A stretch of 60,552 nt of DNA, filler included, from Hausera hauseri (GCA_046269625.1; 11 parts of 11 records of this genome joined end to end with filler, not necessarily neighbours in it); one strand, 5' to 3'; numbered from the whole stretch's first letter, positions 1 to 13,443 are shown. Translations and numbers: made by a program. The notes: generated by a model from the sequence alone, not told the origin.

Positions 1-17
1 TTAAATTTCCGAAATTA

Positions 18-1376
18 ATGACAGCGAGTCAACGAACAAAATGTGTCAAGAATGTGTATGACCATTTACGATGGGATGACGAATGGAAGTCCAGAGATCC
101 CATACAGAACATGATGTCTGAAAATAACCAAAAATCTCTGATGCAGAAGTTCCGGAAGGGATTTAGTGAATACCCTGGTTATCGGAAAATAGAAAATCAT
201 GGGGCAAACAAAATTAAAATAACGATATCAAATAATCAAAAGGGACATTTGAGTACTTCGTTGGAGCCATCAACCAGTAAAGCCCGAGAAGAGCCGAGAT
301 CCAGAACCGACAACATAGAGATCCCAAAGAAACACAAGATAAAAATTTCCTTCCTAGACTATATCCACAAAAAGAGGAGCAAAACCAGTAAAAGATCAAC
401 TCTAGACAACTCGAACTTGGAAGAAACCGTAGACAATCAGAGAGAAGTAACAAATCGAGAGAAGAAAAAGGACAGTGAAAAGTCATTGGAAATAGCGAAA
501 TCCAAATCCCTGAGATCAGAAGTTAATGTTCTTAGGAAGAACTGGGATGAAGATATTCCGATTGTGGTTACGGAATTCGGGGAAGTAAAGGAATATAAGA
601 AAATCCTCGTTATGGCCGAATATTACAGCAGAGGGAAAATAAAGGAAGCTATATTTTACGTGTCTACCGTTCCCCGAAGAATAGTAAGCGGAAATGGTTA
701 TGCTAAAGAGGACCACACCATTGGACGATACCTAGCCCCGATATTTCAATCGAAAAGTGGCACTAACCGATTAACAATCCCTGTGGATACTCAAGTTAGA
801 ATTCAGTTAAAAAGACAATACAAGAAGACAGGAATTCCTGATATGGACAAACGAGAAATAGTCGAATGGACCCTAGTAGCAGTATCTGACGATCCCAGAA
901 AAAGTTTAATAGACCCCAAGCAAAAGAGACTATATAAATATTTATATCAAAATAAAAAGGGACTGGTGTTTGAGAAGATCGAAGTAGACGAAAACCTTGT
1001 GGACATTGATGCGGCTGAAAAAGAAGAATGTCCTGTCTGTGATGCAGATCTGTACCAAGGATTCGTAGTCCTAGATAACAAAGACTGCAGTCATAAGTAC
1101 TGCCGATACTGTTTAGAAACGTGGACCATGAAGAATGGGAAGACGACCTGCCCAGTGTGCAGAGCCGAAGCAACTAAGCTAAGATATTATTCGAACGGAG
1201 AAAATAAAATTGTAGAAATATTTCCCGAACAAGCCACTGCATCCTATTATATTGACTCGCGATCTCCCTCAAATGAAATCGATTCGGAAGCGGACTTACG
1301 TGGACGAATGGAACGATTACGACAACCCACCGGCATCTCTACTGACGCAATGGGCTCATTCGAGAGTGCCGTTTAG
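18..1376 (+). CDS. 452-aa intact ORF with C-terminal C3HC4 RING finger; probable 3' accessory ORF of an LTR retrotransposon (5' end may lie beyond the window)
   Basis: CPVC...CSHKYCRYC...CPVC RING spacing. The frame is open from the contig start. The stop codon overlaps a purine tract that is followed by TGTTG. Confidence 0.7.
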   Translation: MTASQRTKCVKNVYDHLRWDDEWKSRDPIQNMMSENNQKSLMQKFRKGFSEYPGYRKIENHGANKIKITISNNQKGHLSTSLEPSTSKAREEPRSRTDNIEIPKKHKIKISFLDYIHKKRSKTSKRSTLDNSNLEETVDNQREVTNREKKKDSEKSLEIAKSKSLRSEVNVLRKNWDEDIPIVVTEFGEVKEYKKILVMAEYYSRGKIKEAIFYVSTVPRRIVSGNGYAKEDHTIGRYLAPIFQSKSGTNRLTIPVDTQVRIQLKRQYKKTGIPDMDKREIVEWTLVAVSDDPRKSLIDPKQKRLYKYLYQNKKGLVFEKIEVDENLVDIDAAEKEECPVCDADLYQGFVVLDNKDCSHKYCRYCLETWTMKNGKTTCPVCRAEATKLRYYSNGENKIVEIFPEQATASYYIDSRSPSNEIDSEADLRGRMERLRQPTGISTDAMGSFESAV

Positions 1377-1386
1377 GGAGAAGAAA

Positions 1387-1950
1387 TGTTGTGAAATGTA
1401 AGAAGCAGAGAAAATGAAATAGCTGCAATTGTATATAAATAAGTTGGATCGATAACAAATGCATGTTTACGACTTAACCGATATTTCTAATTTAGAATGA
1501 ACTATTTATAATTGTTGTTGAACTATTTTAAATTGTTATTGAACGAATTTACGATGTAAATATGAATATAAATAGTATTAGAAAAAGGGTGAAATAGATG
1601 TAAATATTGTTGAATCTAATTTAATTGGTGAGAAAATCGAGGTAAACAGATGATGGAAATGCTATATAAGCTAGTGCATCAAACGAGAAATTGAACAATT
1701 TTGAGAACAATTGTGAGAGCGAAATTTGAGAAACAATTTGAAGAGTTGCAGATTGATAATCGAAACCAGAAAATTGCAGATTTGAAGCTATTCAGTACTG
1801 ACAATATTATCGACTTGATTCGTGAACTGTATAATTTTCGTTGGACGATTCTGATATTAACTTGTGGTATATTTTTTGTTGTTTAATATATTTGTGTTGT
1901 AAAATTTCTTATAGTTTTTCCGTCGCTCTTTAAGAGGGACTTGGACTACA
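1387..1950 (+). repeat. Putative 3' LTR preceded by a polypurine tract (about 1375-1386)
   Basis: AGGGAGAAGAAA immediately before TGTTGT. The segment ends ...GGACTACA, giving TG...CA termini. TATA-like CTATATAAG at about 1662. No partner LTR in the window. Confidence 0.55.
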
Positions 1951-2124
1951 TTAAGGTTTAAAATATTGTTTAACATTTATAGTTAAGACTAGAAATTGTA
2001 AATTGAGACATTCACCACACGCAGTACCTGCAAGATAAAATAAAGTGCAAACTTCTAACGAGAACGTTAGAACTTACCTGCTTAATTGAATTAATCCAAT
2101 TTTGATTTTTAACTCATTGTTATA

Positions 2125-3960
2125 GTTGGGTGTTGGATAGGGCCCACCTTCAACTACTAACACTTTAATTGTTGTAACAAACAGGTAGATCCTTCGCAGT
2201 GAATTGTTCTCATGCTTGCTTGTGTTGAGCTGGTGTCGAAAGCCAAAGATTTTCATGCAATAAATTGCTTCCGCCATCCATCGTGCACGGTGGTATGCTC
2301 CTGGAGCACAAAACCTGACCCAAAATCATCATTTTCGCCTAGGAAATGAAGGGCACAACTTACCATTTCACGATAGTCTTCTCGGGGATGTGCTTCTTTC
2401 AGGTGTCGCCGCAAGTTGTACACCACTGAATCTCGTCGAGTTTCAAGCCACGTTTTTTCAGCAATACTGAGACATTCTTCGCCAATCTCATCTTTGTCAA
2501 GTGGATCAAACTTTGACTTATTAGTTAATTCCAAGTGAGGCTTCGGCCGACTGAAGTTCTATATATCAGGTCCGTTTGAAACAAAGAAAGCATTTAAAAC
2601 AGCAGCTGCACAAATTTCCAGCATGTGACGTCTGCAAACCAGAAACAGCAGCCGTCGACTGAATGCTTGGTGAACAATATTTATGGCCCCTGTGTAGATT
2701 TCAGTATTGCTGGCTGTTGTGTCAAAACAAAAACCAGCTAAGTTTTCGTTGACACCATGCCAATCGCGTAAAAACTCTACCACTTTCTGACAGCCCTAGT
2801 TCCTGCTGACAGACTGGAAATGTCCAGTAGTTTCTCAATGTGTTGATCAGAAACGACAATGGGCAAACAGTCATATTTAGCATCATTTAAATTTGGCAGG
2901 AGTTTGCCATCAAAATGTGAAATATGTCGAAACTTTGGCTGAAAATTTTGTCGAACTAAGACTACAAGTTTTACACGTGATGTTCTCCGTGCTTCCATGA
3001 GTGAGATTCGTGATAATGCCAACTCGGTCAAATCAACGCCTGCAGCAACCAGAGCTGGCGTTACAATCCTCATTGCTTGACTAGTGTATGTCATGGTTCT
3101 GTCAAGTACTGCATTGAAAAGGGGATTGTCAATTATACAGCGTTTAGGTAGTGGTGTCACTGGGTCTATGCCTGTGGATGGTGATGGTGACAACTGATGT
3201 TTATTTGATTGTGATTTACATGGATAGACGGGTTTGTCAAGTGGATACTGTGTCATATTATCCGACGAATTTGAGTCGTCCGAAGTTAGATCTCAGAAGG
3301 TGATAGTATTAGTTGCTGCATCTGCTGAAATTAGCTATTCCCTATACTGTTAACGACACCTTTACTCAGCCTCCTTTCTTTTCTGATACTTGACAGTAGC
3401 ATTATGGAATTTAACGTTCTCCGCAGTCATAACCATCTGTCGTGGTATAGGCTGCTCAATCAAGAAAGTCTGTTTTCAGGAAGTTTTGTTAAACGTTCAT
3501 AGTCAGCATGCGCGATATCAAACAGGTGCTCTGTGGATGCCGTAAATTCATCTCCTGAACGTGACGGACTTGCGGACCTTGTCTTTCTGTGTTTGGAAAC
3601 ACGAATATGTTCCTAATGAATGAACTTCTGCTTAGTGACAACGTAAGGTTTAGCCATTGTTGCAATAATGGACTTTGTCAGCCACATCCTCATTATCTCA
3701 TCAGCAACTAAATTTCAGTCTGCTGACAGTGTTGCCTTGCTACTTTTCATCTCATGGAATACACGATGCAGTGAAACACCATTTGTTGGTAACTGATTTT
3801 ATTCCTCAATGCATGGTATTGGGTATCAGTTAACCAGATCACTGTAGTTGAACGTGTGGCGGCGGCAGGTCTGGCCGGCACAGACGGTCGTGTTGGTTGC
3901 TCATCAAACCTACTTGATATGGACATGGTAGCAACGTTAGAAGACAATGGAGTTGACGTT
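2125..3960 (-). mobile_element. hAT-superfamily (hATm-like) transposase pseudogene, frameshifted
   Basis: HFDGKLL, FCFDTTASNT, LVCRRHMLE (CxxH) and HRARWMAEAIYCMKIF motifs across ORFs 2777-3256, 2559-2783, 2253-2534 and 2074-2277. Confidence 0.75.
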
Positions 3961-4760
3961 GGTGAGCAATCTGGAGTAGTATTTACTGCCGTTTGAGATA
4001 CCTAAAATAAAACAGAAACACCATTATTTCCAGTGAACATGGAACAAGTTTCATTTGAGGTAAAGAGGTAAATGTGTAAAGTCCAGTGGTAATGATTAAC
4101 CTATATTGGTACTGTGGGTTCCACAGAAAACGTACGCAGTTTTATGATTAACTGAAAGAGATTTTTACATCAATACAATGAAAGACATAACTGTAGATTT
4201 TGTACGAATACCACAAATACATTACGTACGGAAAATGATGTAATCGTAGATAAGCTAACGCCAAAATAAAATTACATATTTGCACAACAATCTACAATAT
4301 TTGATATCGGATGACTAACAGAATAGTGATCACGAAAATGCAGAATACTAAGTTTCCAAATTGAATTTTATCGAATAAAATGTCCAAGTTTTCGTAGAGT
4401 TATGCACTCGAGTAATTCTTTTTTAATTTTCAAATGCGACCTGACTTGTTGAATATTAAAACAAGTTACGATTTTTTATATTAATAGCATAGGTAAATGT
4501 GAACAAATATGCTCCACAAGTGCCAGTAGCATATTGTCAGCATCCAGTACTCAGATAATGGAGCCTGTTGGGATCACTTCTCATTGCTCATTCTTCAAGA
4601 AAATTCTTCTGAACATTACACGAAACCTCATAAATTTAGAGGGTGCACAATATTTAAATAGAAAATAATTTCGCATATAAAATTTGGCTACCAATTTGGG
4701 GATACAGACTCACGTGTGTGCACTGATGATGGAATCCCGTGTTGAGTTACATATCAAATG

Positions 4761-5000
4761 AGTAGGTGGTTATGCGTTGTCTAGAACAAGGTCAGAATTT
4801 TTTCCCACGGTCGTGTATGGCGGACTCGGTACGGGCCAGGTGTTGTGTTCCACGAGCGGAACACGGCCCGTAGAGCGTGGGAAAAAACAATTTTTTCCCC
4901 ACGCTTCGCGTCACGCAAAGCACGTAGTGTGAGCGGTCATGAGTGACATGTGAGTATGCTCACGAACGTGCTCACAGGGATGTGTGCAAATAGTAAATCG
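4761..5000 (+). repeat. Probable Polinton/Maverick-type terminal inverted repeat end (second family)
   Basis: Begins AGTAGG. AGTAGGTGGTTATGCGTTGTCTAGAACAAGGTCAG closely matches the reverse complement of 31853-31887. GC-rich internal hairpins (GCGTGGGAAAAAA...TTTTTCCCCACGC). Confidence 0.45.
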
Positions 5001-5307
5001 GTATATAGTTGATTTGGACTATGATGAGCAGTTAGTTAGTTGATGTTCAACATGACGCCAGTGTATGTATGTATATCGTACGAATAAATGTCTAATGTAA
5101 TAACATAACCGGGATTGAGAGTTACATTTGTTGATATTACCACGTTTGTAAGCATAACTACGAATAGAAAAAAAGTCGTGGAATTTTACACGCCGTACCA
5201 TCTTTGAGCGCCATGGGAACTACCCTTTTTATTTAAATTAAAACTAGAAAAGATAAAACAATTTTATTGTTATTAATCAAACAAGATAAAGTCATTGATA
5301 ATTGAAA

Positions 5308-5407
5308 NNNNNNNNNNNNNNNNNNNNNNNNNNNNNNNNNNNNNNNNNNNNTTAATTAATTAANNNNNNNNNNNNNNNNNNNNNNNNNNNNNNNNNNNNN
5401 NNNNNNN
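5308..5407. other. Artificial contig linker
   Basis: N44-TTAATTAATTAA-N44, stop codons in all six frames. Confidence 0.98.
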
Positions 5408-8400
5408 GTTCTACGATGAGTTTTGCTAATTTTCCTTTGTTTGATAGTATTACTGGATATTTAAACTCCCATAGCAGGAATTCGCTCGTTACTAATTTAC
5501 TATTATTTCTAATTAATCCATCTTCTGTAATCACTGGATTAGCTTTTTTAATCAAACTTCTTCCTTTTATTTCTACTCCTCTTTCCAATGCTTTCAACTC
5601 TTTATCTAATTCGTTCTTTTGATCCTCCTTCAATAACAGTACTCTAGCTTTCTTAAATAACTGGTTTTCATCCTCATCGCTTTGATCGTCCGTTTGATTG
5701 CTTTTCAATTCTTTAACTTTCATGATTATAAGTTGGCTCCATCTCGAGTTCTTTCGATCTGTTTCTTCTAAGATAGTTCGTTCAGTCGAAATATTCATGT
5801 GTAGCGTTAATTTTTTCTTTTCTCTCTCGAATTCTTCTTTAATAGTCGGTTGTATAGATTAACTTTACTTTGGTTTTACTAAAAATTCCGATCCCTGCCA
5901 CCATAACTGGTTCTCAGCTAGTTGGATTATTGTGGAACCTCTACTTAAAACGTCTGCAGGGTTAATCTTCATCTGAATATACCGCCATTGAGCTCCTTTT
6001 GACTTTTCTTGAATACAACTAATTCTATTTGCTGCGAAAGTTTTGTACAGTTTTCCATATTGTCTCACCCAGTGCAATACATCCATACTGTCGCTCCAGT
6101 AACACAACTTCTTGTTATCATACTCTAATGCCGTCGAAATTTTCTGTCCTACTTTTACACCTGTCACAGCAGCTAATAACTCCAATCGTGGTATGGAAAC
6201 CACTTTTGTTGGTGATATTTTACTTTTCGCTACTATTATATTGCTAGTTCTTCTACCCCCTATGGTGACCAAGTAAGCAACGGCTCCATAAGCATCTTTG
6301 CACTCATCGCAGAATTAATGTATTTTATACGGTGACTGAGCGGCTATTAGTACTCGTCTTATTCGACCCTTATCTAAATCTTGTTGTTCCGATACCCATT
6401 CTTTCGCTTGCTTGATTAAGTTGTCTGGGAGTTGTTCGTCCCAATCTGCGCCATGCCTCCACATTTCTTGGATAATCAACTTTCCTTTCATTAAACAACT
6501 ACTGAGAAACCCTAATTGATCAAATATTCTAGCTACTGAGCAAAACATTTTCTTTTTGTAGTAATTTCCTCTCATTGGACTCTTTTATCGAAGGAGAATA
6601 GATCACTATTAGCATTCCACCTCATACCTAGCGTTTTTGTCTTCATCTCCTCATCTACAAACTGGTAACACGCAGATCTTTCACCTTCCGGTATGATTTC
6701 TCGCAGTCTCTCGGAATTTAAGACCCATTTTCTCGCTGACATGCTGGCCTGACTCCACAACCATTTTAGATCACGGTACATCTTTACTGCCTCCTCTTCT
6801 GTTCTAACAGATACCAGGCTGTCATCCATGTACATCGCGTTTTTACCAACCCATGCCGCTTCAGGTTCACGTTCTGTCTGTTTCTCGGCGTTTACACCAC
6901 TTACTAATTGTGCTAGGTATGGGGATGTGTTCAATCCAAATACTAATCTCTGAAATTCATAGACTTTCTCAATATGTCCTTCCTTCCAAAGAAATCTTAA
7001 GTAATTTCGGTCTTCCTGTGCCACCCCAATTTGTAGAAACATTTCTATAATGTCACATACCATAGCAATTTCATATTTTCTAAACCTGATTACTATATCT
7101 ACTAAGTCTAACTGCAACTTTGGTTCTTGGTGAATCATGTCATTCAAACTAATACCCATACTCTTTGAGGCTGTATCGAACCCTATTCTAATTTTTGTTG
7201 TTTTTGCATCTCTTCTCACGACCGGAAAATGTGGTAGAATCCAACCCATTGTATTGGCTTTCAGTTCATCTGTGACGTTCTTGATATACCCCTTCCTTTC
7301 GTGCTCGTCTATTTGGTTCAGGTACCCCTCCTTCAAGCTCATATCCTTTTCTAGTTTGTTGTCTAGCAGCGATAACCGTCTCCTAGCAATTCTATTGTTA
7401 TCTGGCAACTCTTGTGGGTCTTTCTTCCATGGAAGTTTGATTTCATACCTGTAATTAACGTACTTCATATCTCCCTTAGATCTCTCCATTATTCCCTCTT
7501 CTTCCTCTGTCCACTGTTGGTTTTTTCCAACATATCTTCTAGTATCCATAACCGCTCTAAATCATCCTTTAATTCTTCTCCACTTGAGAAGAAATATCTA
7601 ATAAAGTTGGTTCGCTTCTGCAATGGTCTTGTTGTTGATATTGGTCCGATACAGGTCCACCCTAGTGGTGTTAGTGGAGCTACAGGTTCTCCTTCCTTTC
7701 CGAATACTTCCTCGATCGCTCGGTGAAGCTGATTATAATTTACTCTTATTAAACCCTCAACCTTCCCTGATTTTATCACATTTGGAAAAAGTATTCCCTT
7801 TAAATGGTCCCATTTGTTTCTCGATATATTCCAATTGGTCGCGTTTAAATTACCTACCAACTTTTCGATTGTCAGTGCCGAGACTTTCACTTCTAACTTT
7901 CTATTTAGACTACAAAAATGAAATTCGACCCTTGCTGCGCTTCTCCTCCTCTTCTGACCATCTAAGACTTCTACCGATATCGATTCTGGCTCCTGCTCTA
8001 ACCGCAACCTTCCTGCTACTGACGTACTAATGTAACTGTCAGTGCTAGCATCATATAATAAAACATTGATCTTTTCCTCATACTTCCCATTGCGCACAAT
8101 CACCGGAATTGTCCTCAACAATACTTCCTTTTTCTCTTCTGTGCTATGTCTTCCTGTTACGTAGCTTTTATTTTGGTCACTCTCGAGCTTTCTTGATTGA
8201 TTTGCATTTCTCTCACTCTCCCTCAGAGAGGGTTTTCTAGACTCTTCGTGTTTAATGTTGTCCGGTATACTTCTTCGATAGTCAATTTGTCTAACTTGCT
8301 GCTTCTCAACTCTTTGCGAATCTGGTTCCTTCACGGTCTTATGCAGAAATTGACATTTATCCCCATTCCTACAGTTCCCTTGTTGATAGTACCTGCAAAT

Positions 8401-9795
8401 TCTATTCTTATTCTCATTCGTTTCTTTCTTATTTTTATAAGAATATTTACATTTCTTCCCAAAGGTGCAATTTCCCTTTGCGAACGCCCAACACGTACCT
8501 TTAGCATTTGGGACCTTCTCTGTGACCTGCGTGAAGTGGTTGTGGTGGTAATTTATCTTTCTCTCTTGTGACTCATAACCTTGGCGGTGGTCATTGTTTC
8601 TAAAATTCTTATAGTCGTTGGAATTGACACTTCTTTGCTCTTTCTACTATAATACGTCTATTCCATGTGCGGATTCCGCTGATACGCGACGAATATCAGC
8701 CTCTTCTTCCAACCAATATTTTAACTCGTTTACGGTTTCATCTCTTCTACTACTTCTATGATATCTTTCCCACTGACTGATTAATGTTTCTGGTAACTTC
8801 TCTAGTACAATTTTATATAATAGCCCACTGACAAGATCATTCTCTTTATTCAAACTTTCAGTCGCATGGTAACAGCTTCCAATAATGTCACTAAGTTATC
8901 TATCTGCTTGACATTATTTTGACACATAATTTTTCGAACTTTCGGATTTCTTTTATTAACGCAGCAAAATTTCTTTGCTTTCCGCCATAAAACCTTTCAC
9001 GTTTCTGCAGTACCGCTTCGTACGATGTTCCGCTGATTCCAAAATTTGCTACTAACTTCCTCGCATCACCACTGAGACAAGCTTCTAACTTCTCTACTGC
9101 TGATATTGAAGTTCGATGTACGCAAACTTCAAACGTTTGCCTCCATTTCTCGTAATCAGCAAAACGTGTCCGCTAAATTTTGGCAATTCTATTCTACTCA
9201 TGCGAGGACACAAATGGTCTGTAACTGAGGTCTCTGTGGCCTTTTCTCGAATTTTTTCTTGTTCTCTTCGATTACCAGCTATACCCCGTAGTCCTGCTAC
9301 TACATCGGTATTTATCTGACTCAAGACCTCTCTATCTTAAATCAGGTCCTCTAGTTCGTCAGTTCTGTTCTGTTGTTTCGCCATGATTTGGAGCTCCAAG
9401 ATTTCCGACACTGTTTGCTCATACGTATCACAAAATTCGTCGTAGGTCCTTCGCAGTTCTTCTCCTGAATTATCTATGTATAATTTCCCGTGCATGTTTT
9501 CTAACCGCGATTTCAATTTATCTTTCATTAGAAACCTCGTTTCAAATTCTTTTGTTAACCTCTTTGCATTCTCCAAGCTCGCCTTAAGTTTCTTCTAGTA
9601 ATTTTTATTTGACCTTTTGCTCCCTCCTTTTAATCCTAGAATTAGATGTATAGTGGTCCCATGAGTTAACTCTTCCACATCCTTGTCCGTCCGTATTATT
9701 TTACCTTGGCGGAAGAGCTTCAAAGATTCTGCCAGTACCTTCAATTTTCCTTTTATTTTAACGATCAATTTATTTACTGATCTGATATTCACCAC
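5408..9795 (-). mobile_element. BEL/Pao LTR retrotransposon gag-pol, degenerate (gag, protease, RT, RNase H, start of integrase region)
   Basis: RIELPKFSG (BEL gag). LLYDASTDSYI (protease remnant). LPHFPVVRRDAKTTKIRI, FGLNTSP, YMDD (RT). SKISP..SIPRLELLAA and NPADVLSRG (Pao RNase H). Many stops and frameshifts. Confidence 0.93.
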
Positions 9796-10288
9796 ATTGA
9801 TTTGGGTTTATACACTCTCTCGTACTCTTATAAACCCTTGTTTGACATTTTTGTCATCTTTTCTTTCCACTTGGGAAGCGTGATTCTGGGTTTGTGACAA
9901 GTTTTGTTTCTTTTCTTTTATAACCCTCTCTTCTTCGCCAATATCCTTCTTCTCACTTTTATATCCTTTTGCATAATTATCTTCTCTCCTTCTACTCAAT
10001 TTATTATTTAGCCAGGTTCTTTCTAGAACCATGGCCCCTGTATATAAAATCGAAAGGCACTCTGCTCCAGACTTCAAGGCAGCATCACCAACCCGGAACC
10101 CAAACTATCTTTCTATCTGTTTATTTGTATTTGTATAGCTGGGTTCACGGTTTGGTTTTTTTGCCGCAAACAAATAATAGAAATTTAAATTATTCAAGGA
10201 GGAAGGTCCGTATGGGAGGAGGGTGGAGATAATTCTCGAAAGAACAAATAGCCGTGGTCGCCGCTTGCAGATCAGGGTGCAAAGTAGC

Positions 10289-10306
10289 AACCACGCTCTG
10301 CTACCA
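10289..10306 (-). promoter_or_regulatory. Primer-binding site complementary to initiator tRNA-Met (BEL element)
   Basis: Minus strand reads TGGTAGCAGAGCGTGGTT, 2 nt after a CA LTR end. Confidence 0.85.
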
Positions 10307-10308
10307 TA

Positions 10309-10556
10309 TGGAGAATTATCATGTATTTCATGTAAAATCTTTCTTATTTTATTGCCTTTGAATATTCCAACATTATCCTTGTACATCTGTTCTTTTGGTT
10401 TTACTATTTTAATCCTTAATCCACATCTCATAATGCCCAACTCGCAATCTCCCGAAAACTCCCCAACTCCTTTTATCCTTCTCCTCTCAAATATATAGAT
10501 ATAGAAAAACACATTTAATTTACGCATAAAAAAACATTTAAGTTAATTTTTGCACC
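10309..10556 (-). repeat. 5' LTR of the BEL element (outer boundary uncertain)
   Basis: Ends in CA next to the PBS. TATA-like CTATATA, a purine-rich stretch and AATAAA on the minus strand. Candidate TG start at 10556. Confidence 0.55.
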
Positions 10557-10570
10557 ATATCTAGCCATTT

Positions 10571-11428
10571 TTAACGGAGAGTCCTCTCCGGGGGAATATA
10601 TCCACATTTATTCATTAGTGCTCTCACAAACATACTGATTTTTTCAGGCATACATACAGCATAGTTCAGTCCGACATTCAAGAGCGCAAGAAAACGAAAA
10701 CAACCAACGAAAATGTTATTTAAGCAACACCTTACTACTTTTATCAGAAGTCGGCACAATTCGGATGAACACAAAGTCCATTGAAACCAGCCGCTATTCG
10801 TCCGATCGGTCTTCATACTTTCACTCCATAATCGGAAACTGAAATTCGAAAGTTTCTTTCTACCATGTACGGCAGCAGAATAGATATCATTTTCATGGTA
10901 AATGAAACCTCGATGCTGTTTAGAGTCTATGCACCCACTACTCTCATTTATTATAGCTGTGACCTCTTTTAATCTACTTGCATATGTTCGAAAATTTATC
11001 ACATCAGGATGAGGGTACGAAATAAACTGATCTAGTTTTATTCTTTTTCTTCGTCGAATTCTTTTAAACGTGACAAATACAGCTCCTCTTCTTGTTAATT
11101 TTGGCAAATATGAATGGAATTTATCAAGTATAATTGACCATTTATAACTTTAACTTTCTCCTAAATCACACATAATTATTTCCATGGAATGATTCAGAAA
11201 AATTTCATTCCAATCTCGTGGTGGATCACAATAAATTTTCCTTGGTTTAAAATTGTATGTTTTGGGAAGTAAATTAGTTGATTGGGTCAGAATTGGTAAT
11301 TCAATCTTTTTCTGCTTCTCTCGATTGGTATTTTCTATATTTCTTAGAGGGATTCCACACATATACTCTCTAAATCCCTCTGCACTGACTGGTATATAAA
11401 TTTTGTCAAATGTCTCATCATTTAGCAT
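10571..11428 (-). pseudogene. Broken coding-like sequence of unknown product (may continue the DCST-like gene)
   Basis: Co-directional ORF fragments of 92 and 178 aa in AT-rich DNA. No recognisable motif. Confidence 0.25.
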
Positions 11429-11669
11429 AAAATCTGAATCTTTCCAACTTGTCCTTAACAGGACTTTAAAAACACATTTGAATTTTCAATTTCATAATAT
11501 TCAATTTTCCATTTATATCAATCCTTATTTCCAAGCAATTTTTATCCCATATTGCTCTATATAAAAAAATATATGCCAATATGTTATAGATCCTTCTGAT
11601 TTAAATCCGACATACTAGTTTCCGTTAATATCCTATCAACATAATTATTCATATTATCATATTCCCGAT

Positions 11670-12300
11670 TGGCGTGCGTTGTCATACAAACCAAACACGT
11701 GCTACCACTATCTTCAAAGCAATCCTTACAAAACGCACTAAATCTTCGGGACATATAAAGAAACTATTGTCTTCTTAATTATCATATATCATGCATCGCA
11801 TTTTGATGAAAAAATTCAGCCATTCACAACACAGTAGATATTCTCGACGCAAACTCACTCGGAAATCAAATTCCGACTGCAGTCGATCCTGTTTAATTTT
11901 GTGCATAATTATGTTGCGTCGAGTTAGCATGTAACGCTTTCGTTTAAGTAATATCGAATTGTAAAAATGGGCAATTCTTTGTAGTTCTCTTTTCGGATAG
12001 AAATAGGCCCAGATTACGTGACAAGGACGACTTAAATATCTACTAATCAGCATTAATAAATATACAATTATAACAACAGTAATGAACGATGTTCTACAGA
12101 ATTTTGGAAGTTCTTGGATATTCGAGGCACAATTGGCTAGACTGTGTAATGTTGAATTTATTTAACGAACTAATTTCGTCTAACAGAGCGTCGCATGAAA
12201 CCTTCACAACCCCATCTCCAGACGACGTGATGTTTGACATTCCATCACCCTTAATTTGTAACTCAATTCATACATTTTATTAAAGGAATTAAACATTCTC
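11670..12300 (-). pseudogene. DC-STAMP-domain protein (DCST1/DCST2, sneaky/spe-42 family) C-terminal fragment
   Basis: ITSSGDG..SSQLCLEYP, a hydrophobic helix, then HVIWAYFYPKRELQRIAHFYNSILLKR and the Cys cluster RCMI..FCKDCFEDSGSTCLVC. Frameshifted. Confidence 0.65.
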
Positions 12301-13343
12301 CCTGCCATTTTAACAGGAATTATAATTGACATAAATCGTACAAATCTTTCAAAATATTATGTACGTAACATTTCTGGCCAGTCTGCTCGATTTTTCTCAT
12401 TCATAAACCTCAGGAATTTAATACAACTGACAAATTTATACGTGTTCTAATGGTGATACATCTGAAACATCGTAAATTGTTCAGTGGCATAATTAATCAT
12501 CTAAACCTATTGAATACAAAATTCTGAATTCGATAGATGATTCTGTACGAATTAAGTAGTTATTTCATAGCAGTAGAGATGTAGTATATGAGTAATCTTT
12601 TGTGCATTGTGAATTTGTCATTATGGGAATTTTTATATTAATCTGAGCTCAATAAATTTCATCTTTTGGCAATTTATTCAGACATTTAATGTACACATCC
12701 ATTAGTTTACTGACTTCAATTCATCACTAAACAACCCACAAATAGTCTGTATAAGGCGTTTGTCAGTCGTGAATTGCACTAGATATATGTGCAATAAAGT
12801 ACTGAAACATTATCATTGTAAGACGTAGGAAAGTTGAGAATTGACCTAATCTTCCTTGTACTTTGCAATACGTGAGACTTGAAAATGACGATTATCAAAA
12901 TAAGTTTAAGGCCAACGAATAACAAAATGATCAAATTTACAAAGGCCTGTATAGCTCCACCAATGACTAACGTTAATGATGCTGTTCCGTGTAAAAGAGA
13001 ATCACCACTTATTTGAAAGCCAATCGTTTAAATTTTCAAGTGACATTAAAGACAAATATCTCTTTCTCGGCCTTTAGCCTTTCTTTAGTTCCTCGATGCA
13101 TAGCACCAAATCCATCAAGAGCGTTTCCTTATACCCGTTCATTGGAACATTTCTGAGTATTTCTCTATCGGATTCTGCCTACATTAGCAATTTGCTGTTG
13201 CTTTTGAATAAATTATCTAATTTCTGACTTTAGAGCATCCGAATCTGAGTACGTATGCAACCATCTATTTTATCATTTACTGGTTTCTTTCTCTTACCAA
13301 TACGTGATGACCGTCGTTTACTATAATAAAGGATCCAGAATCT

Positions 13344-13443
13344 NNNNNNNNNNNNNNNNNNNNNNNNNNNNNNNNNNNNNNNNNNNNTTAATTAATTAAN
13401 NNNNNNNNNNNNNNNNNNNNNNNNNNNNNNNNNNNNNNNNNNN
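13344..13443. other. Artificial contig linker
   Basis: N44-TTAATTAATTAA-N44. Confidence 0.98.

Noticed and set aside
1701-1886. 61-aa ORF with a hydrophobic tail
   Set aside because: It lies inside the putative LTR, starts with TTG, and has no support as a gene.
9808-10077. Conserved small protein shared with 54910-55347
   Set aside because: The similarity is explained by two copies of the BEL 5' leader. The ORF starts and ends differ and there is no domain signal.
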